NCBI RefSeq assembly: GCF_001186125.1
Contig: NW_014040296.1
Span: forward strand, 8,377-42,735
Direction: 5' to 3'
Length of the DNA: 34,359 nt
DNA from: Sphaeroforma arctica JP610
Lineage: Eukaryota
Under the pieces are notes generated by a model that saw only the letters and a program-made list of their open reading frames with translations, searched no databases and was not told the DNA's origin. The position numbers and the translations under genes were made by a program. Below, one piece after another: positions 21,736 through 34,359 of the stretch (its first letter is position 1; each line of letters opens with the position of its first letter).

Positions 21736-23206
21736 ANNNNNNNNNNNNNNNNNNNNCCGTATTTCTACAGTGGTCAGTTTATTGTAGAAACGATCCAAAT
21801 ATATACACATGTGCGAATATATATACACATGTGTACAAATATAAACACGTGTGTGCCTGTATACTACTTCTCAGCCAGTATATATCAACAACCACTGAAC
21901 TGATCAACTGATGAAACACATATAACTTAGCTGGTCTAAGGTTATAAACACAGTTGAACTAGCACTTACAGATGTCCGTGGCAACGTTCAGCTCATTCGC
22001 TCATATTGCGACAGATGAAATTGTGCTCGCATATTGCATATATAATGTTTTTGGTGTGGTGATCTACAAACCGTTGAAGATGTACAGTGCCAACCATGTA
22101 GATCAAGTAGTGGCAACAACTGTACTTTACATCCCACTCAAGTACACATACCACGATGGCCCCAGCAGCCACCATCTGCTTCAAATATGCATATTTAGAG
22201 TACTCCGAAAGTGAGCTGGAATATCTTAGTACGATAATTGTTCAGTGCTTCAACCACCTCAATCAGTGTTAGAGCGCGCACAATTGAAAGTAGAAGAAAC
22301 AGCCCTGGTGCTGGTCAACGCTGAATTTGTATGACTTAGCGCTCCACAAGTAAAAACGACACACTTGCACACTTGCAAGGTATACCATGTTTTACAGTGA
22401 GCAAACTCGTACGACGAGCGTTTTTAGGGTTTTACGGTTTTCACTAGCATAGCACACCATATAGATAGCAAACTCATAAAAGGAGCGTGTGAAGGTGGCG
22501 TGTCGATGAAAAGCGAACGACAGACGTACAGTCTCCTACTCGCACTGCGCCGACGGTGTAAGATTCGGTCTAATAAAGGCGATGCTAATGCCTTAGAATA
22601 AATAAACGCGTAGGTAAATTCTAAATATCGTGTAAATATCGATATAAATAAACGAAATGAGACGTTTAATACTGTTAGGTTTGCCTCGTGAAAACAGCAA
22701 TACTTTGAGGGATTGTGAGGCTGAGACATTGCCTATATATAATCCTCTCAGTACTGTTTCCGTCGAAGGGATTTTATTTAGTGTTTCGTTGTCGCTCTAT
22801 TCTGGGGCGAATCCGAGAGACTCATAAAATCCTATCTTTAGAAAAGAAAAAAAAGAAAAAGAAAAATACTCTTGACGTCCTTAGTTATTGTCTTAATCAA
22901 TAACTTGCCACTATCAAGAATTACCGAATTAGCCTTCATCAGACTGGCACATCTGGTTGGCTTACCGGAGGATCAACTAGGTAACGTTAATAGTCCCTAG
23001 AAACCTATATTCGGTTGAGCCATCTCGCTACCGAAGTATTCAGATATAAATAAAATTGGAAAGTAAATAAAGCTCGATTAATAGAACTAGACTAACTCTT
23101 TTATGTTTGGTATTTTACTGAGGTCTTTCAATGGCCTCATCCAAATATCTGATATGTTAAATGGAAAAGGTTTAATTAATAAAACCATTAAAACCCATTT
23201 AAGAAA

Positions 23207-23318
23207 ACTTAAGTTCCTCGTGCTATTAAGAGCACATTTAGGAGACTTAAGTTTCTCGTACTGTTAAGAGTACATTTAGGAAACTTAAGTTCCTCGTACT
23301 ATTAAGAGCACGTTTATA
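23207..23318. repeat. 38-bp tandem repeat x3
   Basis: acttaagttcctcgtgctattaagagcacatttagga(g) starts at 23207, 23245 and 23283. Confidence 0.9.
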
Positions 23319-23489
23319 ATTTGCGTACTGCTTAATAGTACGTTTATATATAGAGTCTAATGGGGGGGCTCGGCTTATTACAACGGCCATGTGTTCAAAC
23401 AGTTGTCCATGCATAAAATTGCATCTAAAGAGACCATCTCGGAATTGAGCAGCCCAATCTGGACTCTCTGCAACACGAACGGCACAAGC

Positions 23490-23990
23490 CTAGAGACGTT
23501 TGCCAGAGTGCACACGTTTGTGTTTTTTTAAATGACCAGACTGACTGAATTTCATACCACTGTCGGGATAGTTGGAGCATATAAACATACGCCAGAGTGT
23601 ACAATAGAAGTCATACCACACTTGGGTTGGTCACAGGTATATAAATGTTTGCCAGAGTGCACTCGCTTGTGGGCTTTCCAAGAAGCGAACGCTTTTCACG
23701 CTCGAGATAGTCACAGGCATATGGACGTTCGCCAGAGTGCACGCGTTTGTTTTTTATCAAATCACCAGAAGAAGCGAGCTCTTATTCACACCCAGGATAA
23801 TCACAGGCATATGGATGTTTGCCAGAGTGCACGCGTTTGTGTATAATCAAATTGCCAGACTCGGTGAGCGGTTTTCCACACACTTAAGATAGTCATATCA
23901 TACCCAGGATAGTCAGAGGCATACGGACGTTTACCTGAGTAAACTTCGTACCACAGTCGGGATAGTCTCAGACATATGGACGTTCGCGCG
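23490..23990. repeat. Degenerate tandem array (~55-110-bp units)
   Basis: The core ggatagtcacaggcatatggacgtt(c/t)gccagagtgcacgcgtttgt recurs near 23496, 23590, 23646, 23724, 23815, 23926 and 23980. Confidence 0.8.
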
Positions 23991-23997
23991 TATGTGT

Positions 23998-24183
23998 AAA
24001 AGTCGGTGATACCAAGACGTTTACGTTAATAAGACAATACGTTGATACGTTAAAATGCAAAATGTTACATAGACGTTCGGCACGTTGATACGTTAAAATA
24101 AAGTCGGTGATACCAAGACGTTTACGTTAATAAGACAATACGTTGATACGTTAAAATGCAAAATGTTACATAGACGTTCGGCA
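23998..24183. repeat. Near-perfect ~85-bp direct duplication (period 101 bp)
   Basis: agtcggtgataccaagacgtttacg...atagacgttcggca occurs at 24001 and 24102. Confidence 0.85.
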
Positions 24184-26389
24184 AGTTGTTAACACCTGCC
24201 GAACGTCTCTTCTGAGGTTGCACGTCACTGGCCAGATCACCTGGGAAGTTTTTCCCTACACCATCTTGCACGCGTGCCTGGTAGCTCTGCAGTGTGCGCC
24301 GCAAGAGCGTCTGGTTTGCTTGGGATTCGTTATTGTCCAACACGGATTGGACGACTTATGTTTCTTGAGCCACGAGTTTGACCATCAGTATTGTGTTGGC
24401 GCCGCTCCTGCTGCTCTGGCAAAAGATTCTGCTGACGGCGGCTTTGTTGCGTCGATGGCATGATAATGGTTTTTCAATATTCCGAATTTGTTGCTTTGTG
24501 AGCAATAAACTACCGCACCCTTATCCTTCGACCTTAATTACACTTTTTCTGTGTCAGAATAACTGTTTTGCCACATGTCTATCAGTGTAAACATGTGCCC
24601 TTACTCCACCGATGAGCAATTTCACTTCATGGTATTCCCAAACTTACTCGGGCTCTCTTGTCTTTCGTCGTGTTGCGTAGGAGTTCCTCCCCCTGTGTAA
24701 TAACCCACTGTACCAAGAGCATGCGTCTAACTCCACTAACATTATCCACGTTCATCGTAGCGTATTACCAGCGTCGTACGCTAGTATTGCTGGTTGGTAT
24801 CCTACTATTTCTTCGCTACTTGGGATACATTCGAGGTACTGATTATTTATGAAAATAATCCCGCCTTGCTTGTGTGTGGGCGACAGTTTGTAGTATTGTA
24901 TAGAGACATATACTGTACAGTACGTATATACTCGTATATACTACTTTTCAAGTCAGATTCCAAAGATGTCAACTTCACATATATACCTGTGAACCTCTAG
25001 TTATTATGGTGCAATATTTTCTTCATAACTTCATTTCTATAAATTCATGTGTTACACATACTATATAAACATCGCCTCGGTCCTTCTTACATGCACTTAT
25101 ATCCAGACACTTTGTCTTACTACTTGTTCCCTATTATTGGCCTGATTGTTCACATAAACAAATCCGTCATGTCACTCCATCGCAGCAATTAGTTGCTGGT
25201 CGAATTCATTCACCTTTGTTAATTCATGCACACACATCGTCACATGTTTACTTACAACCCCGTGTGACTAAACGTACCTACGGGTGATGTGTTCATACTA
25301 TGACTCCTCTGTGATTGGTCCTTCTTGTTCATGTGTCTCCATATCTTCATTGGCTTCTTCATTTTCGTGTTCGTTTTACACGAGTCTTCTGTTGATGATT
25401 TCCCGGAACCGTGCCACGTAATCTTCGTATTCCAACCGTCTAAATATTGGCCTAAAATCAATACCTCTCCTGGGTGCCGCACGTTGCCAACCATTCCCAT
25501 GGTCACGTCTATTATGACGTCCTTTCAATGCTTCATGTGCATCCCTGTGTACCACAATCATTTCTGTGTTGTCTTGCTCACTACTCGAGTCATACATCAG
25601 CGCCGGCATGCTATAGTTAGAGTCGCTGCTTCCTATAACACTGTCCGCTTCTACTCCTTGAAGCGTCCGCGTAGTATTCAAAGTGGTCCCGGCGGTGAAT
25701 GAAGGATTCGACCATCTCTGCTGATCTTAATATAGAACAAGAAAATTGTCGGTCATTTCTCCTTTTGTTTTTCTTCTCTATACTTCTATTCCTTATCTAT
25801 GTGCTATTCTAGTTCCTGGATACTTCAATAGTTGTACAACTCTATAAGCTTTTTAAAAATGTAGTCAAGACACTTTCTATCTCAACGTACCCCCCTCCTG
25901 CAAGGGGAGTCATTGTACCTTTATTGACTAATCTTGTGTTATAACCGATCAGAAATTCTGATCGAACAAACTAAGTTTTTTTCTAAAGCATCAAATAAAA
26001 CATAATTAAAACTGATCCTAAGTATTCTTAGCACATACATCCGGAGTTGGATAAGTTAGTTCGTCGTGCTCCATGTATTTCAATAGTTCTCTTTGGGTAC
26101 TCAATCGTTTCTACACTACTCACGTCATCAATAGATTAGTTTTTGTCCACTCTCACACAAGCAATGCATACTTCACAGCATTGTTGTTGTTTTGTTACCT
26201 CTTTTTTTATAGCACAAATATAACCTTTTGGCACAATAATCCGCGATGTAAGGTTATACTGGTCTCTCGTACATCTGTATTACACTGACCGGTTGTTCGT
26301 GATAGGAGACTAACATGGCATCAATGTTGTTAGTGGTCATCAGGCTCTATGTCAAATTTATCTCGAGCTTTGTTAACGATTGCACGATC

Positions 26390-28940
26390 CACTCACCTAC
26401 ATACTGTTCTTTTCCACTCATGCTTGCACATGTCGGTCACATCTAGATTTGGTTCACCCCCGTTTGCTTGGCGAGCAGCACCAAAGTGCAATTCAATGCG
26501 ATTACTACATGCATCGCCAGTGATTACATATTCAAACCCCGACTCATCAAGTTGATTCCTGATTTGACTGCCTATAGCACGGAAGGTGTGTAAGGCTGGT
26601 AAAAGGCTCTCTGATGACAAATCTTCGCAGAAGTTTGTAGTGCACTTTTTTACCACGACCTCCCGTCTCTCTCCCCTCCTCTCGGTGTTGATTTCCCCAG
26701 CACTCCCATGATTCTAACTACCGCTGTAGTATGAAGTTCAGGACCTTAACATGTCGATCACTTTTTGCATCCTGATATTAAACATTTGCGAGAATATTGT
26801 ACAATTTTAGTGCCATATACATGATGAGTAGCACACATAATTGTAATCATAAGGGAATTAGGAGCATCACGCCTATATATCACACATTATTGTCACTTCA
26901 AACACGGTATCAGAGTTTCGTTTTTCTATACGGCTATTCCTAATATTGAGTAGTTTCCAGAATACTTTTTTATTGTTCATTGAAAGTTCTGATTTCTTGA
27001 TGTTTCGGCAGAGATGGCTTGTGTGTGTCACAAAGTATTTCGGACCGGATCATCCGAATGGTCTCTTAATGTGCATTTTTAATCATTTAGGGGAAGCACT
27101 GTCTGTACTGATTCGATGAAATCCGTGTTTGTAAAATGGATTAGTTCATAGTTATCATTTGGCATTATAGAACACTGCAAATAGTTGTAGTAGTGACATA
27201 CCCGACACTGCAGCGCTGGCCTGTTGTTTCTCCCAAGCTGCCGGTAAAGACAGCTTTCTTGCTGAGGCTGCAAGTTGCATACGCCTCAAGTTTCTGTTGT
27301 TCATGATACACCCATAAACGTCCAGTAAATTAGGGTATATCAGCTTCCACTCCTTTGCGGTTTGCCAACTATTGCGTATATCTTAATATATGTACATAGC
27401 AGAAATATATATAGACCCAATAATCACACTGCAATATGTATATGAAAGGTGATATGTAGACACTTATCGTGAGAAGATTAACTAAATCTTAATTGTTGGT
27501 ACTTCGTAAATCCTGAATTCTTCCGGTCCATACTGCGTTGCTAAACGTCCTATTGCGTTCCTGTTCGGCGCTGCTTCGTTTGTGATCATCGCCAAAGAAT
27601 TTTGTCCGACAGTGACGGTCGTTTCAACCTTCTCATGAGTTGTGCTATAGGTACTCGCCCTTAGGTGCGCACACCAGGCACTGCAAGTAGTGCATTGTGC
27701 TGTTTACTTATGACACCTGACATAGTGACGCAGCTCACGTGTGACGCTGGTGACTTTGGTTTGTTGTGTGCTAGGCCTAATATTTGGCCATTCTTTTGTT
27801 GTAATAAGCAATTACTGTTGATTTCTCTGCGTGTACATCTCTGAACTTACTGAGCTTCATAGCTCGTTTCATACCCACGGATTTAGTAAGCCCACTACTT
27901 ACACTTTTTATTTGTTTACAAGCTGGTCTGTAGTATTTTTCGCAATACTTGTGTGTGTGTACTATTTAGGTCTAGAAATGATATACAGTCTACAGGTAGA
28001 CTAGTCTCCCCAAACAGCTTAGGAGAAGGCAACAATATATGTGTATTTGTCTGTCTGTCAGCTTTGTATCCACCAGGTGAGGACATGCACCAGCTAAGCG
28101 CAAACATCATTGTGCAGTGTGCACCCATCAAACCTTCGCGCACCGGACATTTAAAGTCCTATCTGGCTTCCAAGAAAATTGACCCGAGTGACAGCTGATT
28201 TGCGCAAGTCTGTTTGTATCTCTTCAATGATATTCTTATCACCCGCATGTTCAATGTCCTGATTCTTGTACGTGTCATTTGCATCTGTTCCTGCTACCTG
28301 CTGTCGATTGTGCCTCTCTCCGTATTTACTTGATTCCGTAATTCTTTGTTTATGATATAATTGTGGAACGTTGAAATCCTTGTTCTTAGACATGAGCAAA
28401 ACTGGTGTGCATATCCAATATTTATATATGTCGTATCGTCCATATCCCCATTTGTGCCAAGAATGGTGCGATACATACGTATGCCGCTTTGATACTTATT
28501 ATTGTCCAACTTTTCTGTTCTTTAGCCCAAGTGTGTAATGATTTTATCGACTAAATCTGATCGTCTGTCATGTCTCGTTCAAGGCCAATTCGCTTTACAT
28601 CTTTATGTTGTGTTTGTTTAACAACGCGTCTTCTCTCACGTAGTTCGTTCCTTTTTTTCGGTTATGATCCGTTTTGCCAATTGCACTATATGGCTCCGGA
28701 GTTCTTGACTGTAAAAATAGCGATGGCTGCGCATTAGGTCGAAGTTTTCGTAAAGAGTTGTAAATGAGTTCATACGTGCATTACGTACCTTCTCTTTCCT
28801 GGCAATATCCGCCGACACTGGCCACCAGTATTCTTCAATGAATTTTTTATAACACACTACTCGTCGGTCACTAACTTTGTTCATCTACATCCGCAAATTA
28901 ATGTTTCCCGATTCTATTCCAGTCATATGGGAATTGTTAT
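26390..28940 (-). mobile_element. P-element/THAP9-like DNA transposase relic (pseudogene)
   Basis: Ordered minus-strand motifs: weak THAP-like FPYDW...VCYKKF (~28840-28940); CTMMFALSWCMSSPGGYK (~28060-28120); LAMITNEAAPNRNAIGRLA (~27540-27595, second catalytic D region); YFCYVHIL/IRNSWQ (~27360-27418, the DxxH-LKxxRN motif); LSKKAVF..EKQQASAA (~27210-27270, GTP-binding insertion); FEYVITGDACSNRIELHFGAARQANGG (~26455-26540, catalytic E motif like YLLTxxxxQDxLExxFGxxRQxxG). Many stops and frameshifts; TIRs not found. Confidence 0.75.
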
Positions 28941-29939
28941 TTTTACAGATATCGTGTTCAGAATGGCCATAGTGAGGGAATCGTTTCACTTTTGTATTAT
29001 CCCGATATTTTCTACTACCCCCGTAACATCCGTCAACCATATAGGTAGGCATGCTGGCTTACTTCTCGAAGTTAAATTTACGCCTGAAACCTTTACTTGT
29101 TCTGATGGGCGTACTATTTTGAGATGCATCGCTTACATCAATGCTTTGACGATCAAACCCATGCAACCCATACACACAGCCCTTACAAAAAATATAAATA
29201 TAAATATATATATATACATATCTACATATATATATATATGTATTGAATGTGTGTATGTATGTATGTGGTGTGTATGTATGTATGTGTGTGTGTATGTATG
29301 TATGTATGCAAGTATATATATTTATATATATGTTTACATGGGAACACAACGGTGGTCCCCGCAAATATTGCAAGTGTGGGTATGGAGAGCTCACAGACTG
29401 TAGATTGCTATCTTTCAGTTCAGTATACGTATAGACAATTTGCGGTAGACCAAAAGGCAGTATGTATTTGAGGTTATTCGAAGTACACAACTTGATCACT
29501 TCTGGATAAGCATTTCACACACATACGACTGAAGTAGCATTTTCCCATTCTCCAGAGATTCCCAGGTGCATATGCGGAAGTGGCGAACATCGCCACAGCC
29601 TCTAGTGGCTCAAAACTACTTGTTCCCTCTGCATGGACACAGCCAAATTGCGGTACAGTCTATGTACTAGAAATTTTAATACCTGTACGTTGATCAGATA
29701 TGTACATTCCTTTTGTCTGACACTCCCTCGGAGGTGTTCAATTGGTCAAGGCGCCCGTGCCGGTATGAAGAAACTTATCTTTTTACCACAGAGCGGTTGA
29801 GTTGCCGTGCATTTGTGTGTAGCTAAAGCTATACCACAGTACAATCCGTACTATGTAGTATTCTTCAAATAAACGTTGACTTCTCATCTCACTATCTACC
29901 GCGTCCGCAGAGATTTCCAGCTGACTACGGCGGCACGAG

Positions 29940-30170
29940 CGCATTATATGTGGACGTAATACCCTGATTGCGTATGTAATACTCTGATGGCTCATTGCAT
30001 GTTAATTTGATGGTGCAATATATGTGAATATAATACTCTGATGGGGCATTATATGTGAATATAATACTCTGATGTGATGGCGCATTATGTGTGAATATAA
30101 TAATTTGATTGCGCATTATATGTGAATATAATAATTTGATGGCGCACTATGTGTGCATGCAATACTCTCA
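29940..30170. repeat. ~31-bp minisatellite (about 6-7 degenerate units)
   Basis: gcattatatgtgaatataatactctgatgg repeated. Confidence 0.85.
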
Positions 30171-30254
30171 TTGCTTTGAACGTGTGACCAGCCTCCTTCC
30201 CAAAGTTCTCTGAGTGGCCAAGGCATGTACCGACACGAAGTCCCTCGCCATGCC

Positions 30255-30620
30255 CAATACTGATTGCGGATCACTTGAAATCTCTCGTATATTTGCGACT
30301 AAGCCCGGGTACAATACATTTTGGCGTACATACATTGCCACTGACTGTGGAATGATTGGTATCTCCGTATAATTGCGGCTATATCTCAACACCATGCATT
30401 TTGGGACATATACATTGCCACTGACTGCGGAATACTTGGTAGCTCTGTAACTTGCGGCTAGATCCCGGTGCCGTGCGTTTTCGGGAATATACATTTCCAG
30501 TGACTGCGGATTACTAACTATCTCTGTATACATACGGCTAGATCCGGGTACCATGCATTTTCGGGTATATACATGGATTACACCCGTATTTTCGCTAGAC
30601 CTCTCATTGACTGTAGGATA
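30255..30620. repeat. ~80-bp degenerate tandem repeat (~4.5 units)
   Basis: tacattgccactgactgcggaat...gcggctagatcc..gtaccatgcatttt. The (c)tgactg marker occurs at ~30260, 30341, 30421 and 30501. Confidence 0.8.
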
Positions 30621-32431
30621 ATACTGGATATCCGTGTAAGCCTACAGCCGTACCGCAGCGCATTGTATGCGCGGAGTGCGTATGCCATGTGTATAAGTAC
30701 AACGCTTTTGCACTTTATGCGTATCTGGGTTTTACGGTTTAGGGTTTTAGCAACGCTTCTGCACTTGGTGCGTACCTGTCACCTTCGCAAAGATTCCCAC
30801 GCGGCCAGGGCACGCGCGGGGATGAACACCTTCGCCATGTCCAGCACTGACTGTGGCAATAAAAACGACAGAGCACACAGTACTATCACCCAACCCAAGC
30901 GTGAAAGTGCTGTGTTGACGTCCCTTTGCACCTACAAGACAAGGGGAAACATGTATGTCAGGTCAAGCTCGACGCTCTGAGAGAGTGTCATGTCAGTATA
31001 TAAGCATATACAAACNNNNNNNNNNNNNNNNNNNNNNNNNNNNNNNNNNNNNNNNNNNNNNNNNNNNNNNNNNNNNNNNNNNNNNNNNNNNNNNNNNNNN
31101 NNNNNNNNNNNNNNNNNNNNNNNNNNNNNNNNNNNNNNNNNNNNNNNNNNNNNNNNNNNNNNNNNNNNNNNNNNNNNNNNNNNNNNNNNNNNNNNNNNNN
31201 NNNNNNNNNNNNNNNNNNNNNNNNNNNNNNNNNNNNNNNNNNNNNNNNNNNNNNNNNNNNNNNNNNNNNNNNNNNNNNNNNNNNNNNNNNNNNNNNNNNN
31301 NNNNNNNNNNNNNNNNNNNNNNNNNNNNNNNNNNNNNNNNNNNNNNNNNNNNNNNNNNNNNNNNNNNNNNNNNNNNNNNNNNNNNNNNNNNNNNNNNNNN
31401 NNNNNNNNNNNNNNNNNNNNNNNNNNNNNNNNNNNNNNNNNNNNNNNNNNNNNNNNNNNNNNNNNNNNNNNNNNNNNNNNNNNNNNNNNNNNNNNNNNNN
31501 NNNNNNNNNNNNNNNNNNNNNNNNNNNNNNNNNNNNNNNNNNNNNNNNNNNNNNNNNNNNNNNNNNNNNNNNNNNNNNNNNNNNNNNNNNNNNNNNNNNN
31601 NNNNNNNNNNNNNNNNNNNNNNNNNNNNNNNNNNNNNNNNNNNNNNNNNNNNNNNNNNNNNNNNNNNNNNNNNNNNNNNNNNNNNNNNNNNNNNNNNNNN
31701 NNNNNNNNNNNNNNNNNNNNNNNNNNNNNNNNNNNNNNNNNNNNNNNNNNNNNNNNNNNNNNNNNNNNNNNNNNNNNNNNNNNNNNNNNNNNNNNNNNNN
31801 NNNNNNNNNNNNNNNNNNNNNNNNNNNNNNNNNNNNNNNNNNNNNNNNNNNNNNNNNNNNNNNNNNNNNNNNNNNNNNNNNNNNNNNNNNNNNNNNNNNN
31901 NNNNNNNNNNNNNNNNNNNNNNNNNNNNNNNNNNNNNNNNNNNNNNNNNNNNNNNNNNNNNNNNNNNNNNNNNNNNNNNNNNNNNNNNNNNNTATATATA
32001 TATATATATATATAAATAACAATTATGTATAAATTAAACACACAATGGAAATTGAACCTTCGGGCCCTAAAAATTTCAAATGAAGTCAAGCCTTGGGCGT
32101 GTGACAATTGATACACAAATTTAGAGTGGAAAAAACCGAGCTATCCGGGACACTAGGCAATCAGAGAGGAGGAAGGAGGGTGCATAGTAAGCTTTATACC
32201 CAAAGAGTCATTATTTCGAGTTTCCATATACACAGTAAAGGGTTAAATCGAGGGTTGCAAGAATATTGTATATATAATGAGCTGAGATTACAGTCAGAAT
32301 AACGGACACAGGAGGACAGCATATACAGCTACGCAGCAACAGACAAACTGTTCCGGCATATACAGTAGTGCTTGAACGGTAGAAGAACAGCATGCATTTT
32401 TACCAGATATACTCAAGTCGTATGGATATCA

Positions 32432-34181
32432 TTACAGCAAGGTAGACTGATGTTCGCATGCCTCAAACTTTCTGAGAAATTGTCTTCGTTTCCACAGTTT
32501 GACACCAGCGGTGAGCAGGGTATATGTATAATCACCACAAAGATATACCTGATGGACGTTGTGTTCGACATTGTGACTTTTATGCGTAAAAGTACAAATG
32601 CACACACATGATAACACCAGAACGAGTCTCAAATGTACTTCAGACTAGAGATTCGTAACGGTACACATACTTGTATATACCCATATAAAAGTAAGTACAT
32701 ATGAGTAAATATATATATAGGTACATATATGTGTTTACATATAAGTACATATACGCGTTTACATTCAGATACGTATATATAAATATGAATATATATATAT
32801 GTATGCAAACGGATCCGTTCGACAGAAGTCAGACGTATGCATCTGATTTTACATTTATTCGCACACACAAACATGTACAAACACATGTGTAGCTCTTCTT
32901 TATTCGACATACCTGCCGAGTGACAAACCTCAGACACATAGGACCAACATCGCGCCACCGCGGGATGCCGTTGTAACACCTCTGCAGACACTCAGATGCG
33001 TATTCTAAAGCTCTTTCAGATATGGTCTCATTTGTGTGAGCCTGTGCCAACTGTTCGATATATACCAGGAGAGAGAAGCGATGTTAGTGAACAACGTACG
33101 GTAGTCCTATGCGCTTCATATAGTCTGCTCAAGTACAGACCTCGAGAGACTCGAGTACTAGCGAAACTGTCTCAGTAGAGCTAAGATTTATTGGAACAAC
33201 AACATAGCGGCTGATCTATATCAGATGGTTACTATAGTATAGGAAAATATAGGGAGAAATGTAAAATCGGGTTGGTGGTTGTAGATAGACAATTGAAACC
33301 CGTTCACATCACGCAGTCTAAGGTAGCTTGTAATATTTCAAGGGTGTCGCACACTCTGCAAATAAGTCATTTGCAAGTTCAAAGATACACCTCCTATATC
33401 TTAGATTGTCACTTCTAGAAATACTACCAATACACACATATATCACCAGTCACGTACTTCGTTTTCAGTGGCAACTCGCAGAACAAAAGCATCGATGTTC
33501 TGTATGAATGACGGACGAGTCACAGGTGTAACACACTAACAATAAACGCGTATAAAGAAACATACAAAAGTTAATCCATTGACTAGCCACACGTTTACAT
33601 GGACCTAAAAGTCTGTGTACACACCCAAGTCCAGTACATGGATCTCTGGGTGTCAATCAAGTCCATCGTACAGATATAAACATCTGTATGAAAGAGTCAA
33701 GACAACATTCTACATTTTTTTTTTGTAAACAATCAACACACACCAATGGCTGGCCTGCGGCTGTTTGTTGCAATGCATCTAGTATATCCACATAGCCCCT
33801 GTCCGCAGCCTCCTCTATCGCCCGTGATCTGAACTGTGCGGTTTAAGTAGAGGAGTGGTTCGTCAGGAGCGTATTTCAGTAGAGTGTATGATTATTATTG
33901 ATAGATACTTTTAATTAATTGCCGTGTCGTGTGATTATGTTGTTGTAGGAGAAATGATTTTCACATTATGTACTCATATCTTCTTATTCGGGGTATTTTG
34001 CTTATACAAAAGGGAAAATAACGCTACGGAAAAGAAATTGTGAAAATCTTTTCACTTTCTTTTAGCATATCCTGAGAGACTGCAAACCCTTTGATCCATA
34101 CAGACAGCGCTCAAAACGCCACTTTCAATGAAGGTACGAGGATCGTTAACAATTACCGAATCTTGTGGTATAGGCACACAA
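32432..34181 (-). CDS. 3' exons of an uncharacterised spliced gene that begins beyond the window end
   Basis: Phase-compatible GT-AG exons: 34181-34088 (tentative), 33833-33744 (FRSRAIEEAADRGYVDILDALQQTAAGQPL), 33050-32913 (CACTAAC branch point, CAG acceptor, GTATGT donor; LAQAHTNE...LRFVTRQ) and 32548-32432 (VYLCGDY...STLL*). Confidence 0.55.
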
Positions 34182-34359
34182 CTGGACAACTCGTGTGTAC
34201 GATATTACATACGTACGTGTACACCCACTCACCCACGCACACAGGCGAGCAAGCAGACACGTACACTCACACACACACACACACACACAACCACACACCC
34301 ACATACACATACATAAACACCCACACACATACATATATACATAAATATAGAATATAGAA

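Noticed and set aside
23490..23990. Repeat-spacer-like pattern as a possible CRISPR array
   Set aside because: The repeats are degenerate with irregular periods, the intervening sequences are related to each other, no cas genes are present and the context is eukaryotic.
30932..32116. 341-394-aa ORFs
   Set aside because: Almost entirely assembly gap (X residues).

Overview
AT-rich, intron-rich eukaryotic draft-genome window with TA/TG microsatellites and four N gaps. The style suggests a unicellular holozoan such as an ichthyosporean, but that is an impression and cannot be shown here. The main gene, assembled by hand, is an 11-exon + strand SLC12A8/CCC9-like cation-chloride-cotransporter family gene (7803-16870, about 630 aa, all intron phases consistent). 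A single-exon 388-aa orphan ORF lies at 5318-6484, and the 3' exons of an unknown minus-strand gene lie at about 32432-34181. The rest is largely decayed transposons, all on the minus strand: a PIF/Harbinger DDE_Tnp_4 transposase relic (about 60-2870), Ty3/Gypsy RNase H and integrase remnants (about 20250-21735) and a P-element/THAP9-like transposase relic (about 26390-28940), plus several tandem arrays. The most unusual observation is that many introns of the transporter gene hold degenerate copies of the neighbouring exon-intron junction. Also notable are a possible 8-nt + 34-nt micro-exon pair, a telomere-like hairpin and motif-centred 'stutter' insertions. Family assignments come from motif recognition only; no database search was run.
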